Origin: the human T2T-CHM13v2.0 reference genome, Homo sapiens
Reading direction: 5' to 3' (one strand)
Length of the DNA: 64,000 nucleotides
Assembly: GCF_009914755.1 (NCBI RefSeq)
Contig: NC_060929.1
Shown here piece by piece: positions 58,827 to 64,000 of this stretch (positions are counted from its first letter, which is position 1; each line of letters starts with the position of its first letter). The position numbers and the translations under genes are program-made. The notes beneath the pieces are model-generated. The model ran no database searches. It was not told the origin of the DNA and worked only from the letters and a program-made list of their open reading frames with translations.

Positions 58827-59707
58827 ATTTTATTTTTTATTTTATATATATATGTATATTTTTATTATACTTTAAGTTCTAGGGTACATGTGTACAACGT
58901 TCAGGTTTGTTACATATGTATACATGGGCCATGTTGGTGTGCTGCACCCAGTAACTCGTCATTTACATTAGGTATATCTCCTAATGCTATCCCTCCCCAC
59001 TACCCCCACCACACAACAGGCCTCAGTGTGTGATGTTCTCCTTCCTGTGGCCAAGTGTTCTCATTGTTAAATTCCCACCTATGAGTGAGAACATGCAGTG
59101 TTTGGTTTTTTTGTCCTTGCGATTGTTTGCTGAGAATGATGGCTTCCAGCTTCATCCATGTCCCTACAAAGGACATGAACTCATCTTTTTTATGGCTGCA
59201 TAGTATTCCATGGTATATATGTGCCACATTTTCTTAATCTGGTCTATCATTGTTGGACATTTGGGTTGGTTGCAAGTCTTTGCTATTGTGAATAGTGCCA
59301 CAATAAACATACGTGTGCATGTGTCTTTATAGCAGCATGATTTATAATCCTTTGGCTATATACCCAGTAATGGGATGGCTGGGTCAAATGGTATTTCTAG
59401 TTCTAGATCCCTAAGGAATCACCACACTGACTTCCACAATGGTTGAACTAGTTTACAGTCCCACCAACAGTGTAAAAGTGTTCCTATTTCCTGATTGGCC
59501 CAAACTGGACAGTTTGTTAACAATCTCTTTTGATGATGCTATTGGAAAACAAACACACTCTTAAATTGCTGGTGAGAGCATAAAATGTTGCTCCTTCTAT
59601 GGAGAGCATTTATCAGAATTTATCAAAATTACATACTTTAAACCAGTCATGCTACTTCTGGAAATGTATAATACAAATTTACCCACACTCATAAAAAAAA
59701 AAAAAAA
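58827..59707. mobile_element. L1PA (about PA4/5) insertion with inverted L1 part (58827-59490) plus ~200 bp non-L1PA sequence and a + strand poly-A
   Basis: TSD AGGTCAAGAAT at 58816-58826 and 59708-59718. Confidence 0.9.
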
Positions 59708-60619
59708 AGGTCAAGAATCTCCACAATGATGACTCAAGTAAGGTTTCTGCCTTCTGGATCTAAATTTTTTCTTCTTATAAATGTCAATAGGCAACATATT
59801 TGTTTTGTAACCTCATTTATTTCTAAAACCCGAGCAAACAAATTACTTTGCATGTTTATCACTGAGGATACAAAACCACCTTCTTTGTATGGTTTGTGAC
59901 TCTAATTATTTTCCTCATGTGTCTGAGTGTTAAAAGCTACCACCTGACCTCTACCTATAAACATTCTCATTGTTACCAGTGAGATCAAAAACTCAGTTCC
60001 AATGTGGTATCTCCCATTTCCCACATCATCTCCATTTTACAGAGGTCAGAAACTACAGCACTTTTCCAGAATACCGATGGCCCTGTCATCAAAGAATTTC
60101 TTCAATGCCTTGGTAAAGGGTGGATTTTTTTCAGGCTCCCTCTCTCAGGGCATGTGAATAAAGAATGAATGGGCCGGTTGTGCATAACAGATTAATTCCA
60201 ACGTTCCTATCTCCCTGAGACTTTGGATCAATTACATTACATTATAGAGGGAGATGTTGGAACCTCAATCTCATTAACCAGAGGCCACCCCTGAAACCAA
60301 GATTTACTTAGCCAATTTAGCAGATTCTTAAAGTGGGTTTCAGGTACTTGAGTCATTCATTAAACCATGAATTCCAAGTGTCAATCCTATCTACTAATTT
60401 TTACCAATCAATTTTTCTTTCTACCTGAACTATTTAGATATAATTCTCTGCCAAATATTCTTCTTCCCCCAAAGGAGCAATAACATTTGTTGAAGTCATA
60501 ATTCTTTGTGTGTATATGCTGTAGCCTATTAGAATAGGTCTTAAAATTCCTTTTTCACTTGTCCTTCCAAGTCTTGTTTGAATCTCTAAAATAGTATAGA
60601 TATTTTAATGCCATATTAA

Positions 60620-60780
60620 TGGGGTGGAAGGAAATTTTGGAGATGATGGATATGCTTATGGCCTTTACGGTAGTGATAGGTTTACAGGCATATACTTATC
60701 TCCACACTCATTGATATGGGTCCCATTAAATTTCTACAGCTTTTTATATGTTAAGCATACCTCAATAAAATAATTTTTAA
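60620..60780 (+). mobile_element. L1MC-type 3' terminal fragment
   Basis: GGAAATTTTGGAGATGATGGATATG...TACCTCAATAAA. Confidence 0.8.
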
Positions 60781-60789
60781 AATATTCTC

Positions 60790-61255
60790 TTGAGCCAGTT
60801 TTGAGGCCCTGCCTAAAAACATTAAATTAAAAAAAACACCTGTCAGTTCTCCTTGACCAACTCATTAAATCCGCACCTTAAACTACTCCTTTATTAGGCT
60901 CTCATACTCCAGGCCATGATGTACTCACCTTAATCAACCCAGGGCCCGGTAATAGGCAACCAAAGACAAATAGTATGCGCAGAAGTGTATACAATTATTC
61001 AAATTAGCTAATCCACAGGGAGCCAGGGAAATGCAGCAAAATCTTCCCCAGTTGCCATACATAGACGGTGCTTGCCCTATCCTGTAAACCTCCAACTTCC
61101 ACTTCCCTGGTCACCAGGTGCAAAACCCTGTGCAGCCCTGCCTAGAAGACTTTTCTTACTTGGAGCTATAAATAGCAAGAGTTCTGCCTTTCATCTACCC
61201 CAGTGCCAGTGCATTGTGTCCTGCCACCAAAAGACTCTTTAAAGACAATACAACA
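60790..61255 (+). mobile_element. MER54/MER73-group ERVL LTR (5'-truncated)
   Basis: AATTATTCAAATTAGCTAATCC...GAGTTCTGCCTTTCATCTA...CAACA. Confidence 0.6.
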
Positions 61256-61880
61256 TTGCCTGGCACTGTGAGCTGTTTGGTGTGTTGTGACCACTGACTC
61301 TTAGCTTCTCAGCAGGACTGATCTTGGACACACAGTTGGCTCTAAATTACTTCCAGAGTCTATGGGCCTGTTCCCTGTTTGTCACTTACCATTTTGTCTA
61401 CTGGTGGTACCACATTTCTCCTCACGCAAATGTCTTCAGCATTTGAATATTCAAAAGCAATCATTAATTATTAAACTCCAGTAGCTGTATACTATCCCAG
61501 ATGGGGGCTTACCATGAGGTAGGAAGAGTGATAGGTCATATGAATAACACCTTCCTGGTCAGGCTTTCCAGTGGGTTTCTGGTCACTGCCCATGTCTGCC
61601 AGAGGGCTATTCCAGGGATGTGCAATGTATTTGACACTGGCATTTCTTTACTGTTGTTTGGGGCAGAACTCTGGTTTGTCTATGTGTTACTGGTGACTCA
61701 TATAGAGGAAGATGTTGGTTGGGCTCCTTCATGGTAGAAATGGCACCTGTTGCTCAGGTAAAGGTAGTGGCTCACCTGTCCTCTTCATTGCTGCATACTT
61801 TGCTGCTATTTGCTGCAAGCAAAATACAGAATTTTTAGACCCTCAGAGGTATAATGAGTTATATCCTTGGATACCAGTAG

Positions 61881-63440
61881 TCCAATATTTAATCTAATGG
61901 AAAATAGGGATGTGAGGCATAGGAACCAATGTCTCATCCCTTCATGCTCTCAACTCCACTCAAACACCTGCCAAATTATACAATTGCTTAACAATGCAAG
62001 TCCTAGATAGAGAGCTTGAGCCTTAGTGAGTGTTCCACATAACTGCATGCAAAAAACTATTTTTGGGATATGTCTAACCGTACTGTAGCAAGGAGAGGCT
62101 GCTATAGTCATCTAAGTACAAATCTCAATGCCTGGAAGGTAGACTGGGAAGCCTTCAATGAGATAGAGGACAAGACTCCTTCTCCCTTTCTCTTTTCCCA
62201 TAAACACTTAGAAGGCACATGTCAAGTTATCAGACAGATAGAAACTAACATCCATAGCTTTAGGAAGCTAAAGGCACAATGCAGGAAAAAAAATGATAAT
62301 TTAAAAAGAATAAACTAGCAACGCCAGCGGTGTTCCAAGATGGCAATATGTCTGCAAGAGATTGTTTCAAATTAAAGAACCAGGCCTGGCATTGAGCAAA
62401 GACCACTTATTGGTCACCTGGTACCAGAAAAATTCAGTTTGCATAAAAGATTTTGCAGTAGCTGTATGACCAGGCATAAGTCTTCACCTATCTGAAGTCC
62501 CATTTCTTCCTCTATAAACTGAACAATTCAACCCTTGGCTACTTCACTGAAATGATCATTATAAGCCATGTGTTTCTTGGCTCCAGGACAGCCATGCTGG
62601 TCATTTCTTCAATGACATGCATCACTTTCCCATTGCCGCCACTGTGCACTTGGTCCCAATCACCCATCTGGATCTTTTTTATTTCAGTCTCCTCACATTC
62701 AACGCTTCCCTGTCCTGTGAATTCCCTCTGAAACACCTTGATACTTTAAATCCATGGAAAAAGGAACCATTTAATAACTATTGTAAAAATTGCTTATCTA
62801 TTATGAATGAAATTAAACCCCTATCTCATATGATAAATTTTAAAATTGTACATGGATTAAAGAGCTAAGTGTTATATACACAAATATATACACCATTAAA
62901 GTACCACAAGAAAATAAGAAAGAATAATGTAGATCTTGAAGAGGTCCACTTAAGTAAGACTACAAACCTGCAAGCCATAAAGAAAAAGAATAGCAGGCCA
63001 ATTACATTTAAAATAAAATCTTGTTTAGTAAACGATTTCTGAAACAAAATTAATAAATTACTGGGAGAAAATTGCCAGATATTTAAAAGGCAAAGAGCTA
63101 ATATACTCAGTTTCCAATGATTATTCATTCTGCAAATAAATAAGATAAATAGTTTCATGAAAACAATAAGCAGAAGATCTAATCCAATGTTTAATCTAAT
63201 AGAAAAGAGGGATCTGAGGCATGGGAGCCAACATCTCATCTCTTCATGCTCTCAACCCCACCCAAAAGAAAACATCTGCCAAATAATACAATTGCTTAAC
63301 AATGCAAGTCCTAGCCAGAGTGCTTGGGCCTTAGGAAGTGTTCCACATAACTGCATGCAAAAAAATCTATTTGGATAAGTCTAACTGCACTGTACCAAGG
63401 AGAGGCTGCTATAGTCATCTAAGTACAAATCTCAATGCCT
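61881..63440 (+). repeat. Dispersed direct repeat of ~255 bp (61881-62133 and 63183-63440)
   Basis: Collinear copies; the last ~44 nt (CAAGGAGAGGCTGC...CTCAATGCCT) are identical. Confidence 0.95.
62450..62540. mobile_element. MIR core relic
   Basis: AGCTGTATGACCAGGCATAAGTCTTCACCTATCTGAAGTCCCATTTCTTCCTCTATAAA. Confidence 0.65.
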
Positions 63441-63497
63441 CAACCTAAAGAAACACACACAACTAATAAACATAGGAAAAAATATTAACCTTTCACA
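62800..63497 (+). mobile_element. Old L1M ORF2 fragment (hosts the second repeat copy)
   Basis: ACCCCTATCTCATATGAT...CATGGATTAAAGAGCTAA...GGGAGAAAATT pattern. Confidence 0.65.
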
Positions 63498-64000
63498 CAG
63501 ATGAGAATAGCTGAACAGAACCCTTCACTGATCATCCTCCCTGCAGGAACACCTAACTTAACGACTATCTCCACAACAAAGCAACTTAATTAGAACCAAA
63601 AATCAAGTGAGCAATCACAATACCTGGTTTTAACCTTATATCACCGAAATAGGCACTGAAGAAAGTAGGAAAAGCATTCTTGGATGGCCAATGCCACCCC
63701 TCCCACATCCCCCAGCAGTGGCCTTATGGTGTAGATAATCTGTTCACTTGGGGGAGGGAGAGCACGTAGGTTGTGAGACTTTGCATTGGAACTCAGCGCT
63801 ACCCTGTTGCAAGAGAAAGCAACACCGAGCAGAACTCAGTTGGTACTCACAGAGGGAGCATTTAGACGAGTCAAAGCTGGTCGGGAATCACCCAGCCTAG
63901 AGGTCAGAATCTGAGTATCAGCAAGCCCCACCACTGTAGGCTAAATAGCTCTGGGGTCCTAAATAAACTTGAAAGGCAATCTAAGCCACAAGAACTGCAA
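63498..64000 (+). mobile_element. L1MA/L1M1-type 5'UTR, continuing beyond the window
   Basis: AGAATAGCTGAACAGAACC...CAATACCTGGTTTTAAC...TTGCATTGGAACTCAG. Confidence 0.7.

Noticed and set aside
61881-63440. Direct repeats as LTRs of a novel retroelement
   Set aside because: No TG..CA ends, PBS, PPT or TSD; the interior is MIR/L2/L1 debris and the right copy splits a continuous L1

Overview
This is primate (very likely human) AT-rich, repeat-dominated intergenic or intronic DNA. I see no intact protein-coding gene, RNA gene or CRISPR array, and nearly all ORFs in the track come from repeats. The main elements are a near-complete, decayed HERV-L provirus (MLT2A1-type LTRs; gag/pro/RT/RNaseH/IN/dUTPase remnants; minus strand, 29020-35866), two complete MaLR proviruses (MST-type 2793-5462 and THE1 40358-42629), an older LTR33/ERVL provirus, a Tigger3b interrupted by a MER52 LTR, nine Alus, four L1PA 3' ends and many old L1/L2/MIR/hAT relics. 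Subfamily names come from remembered consensus sequences, not from a search. I cannot support a previously undescribed biological system here. The best second-look signals are: (1) an L1 insertion that appears both twin-primed (5'-inverted) and carrying a 3' transduction; (2) a second probable L1 3' transduction; (3) three short-range copied segments (34, 81 and ~255 bp) without retrotransposition hallmarks; (4) a possible very decayed kinase pseudogene; (5) a perfect DUX4 motif in the HERV-L 3' LTR; and (6) a strong-consensus non-coding exon candidate.
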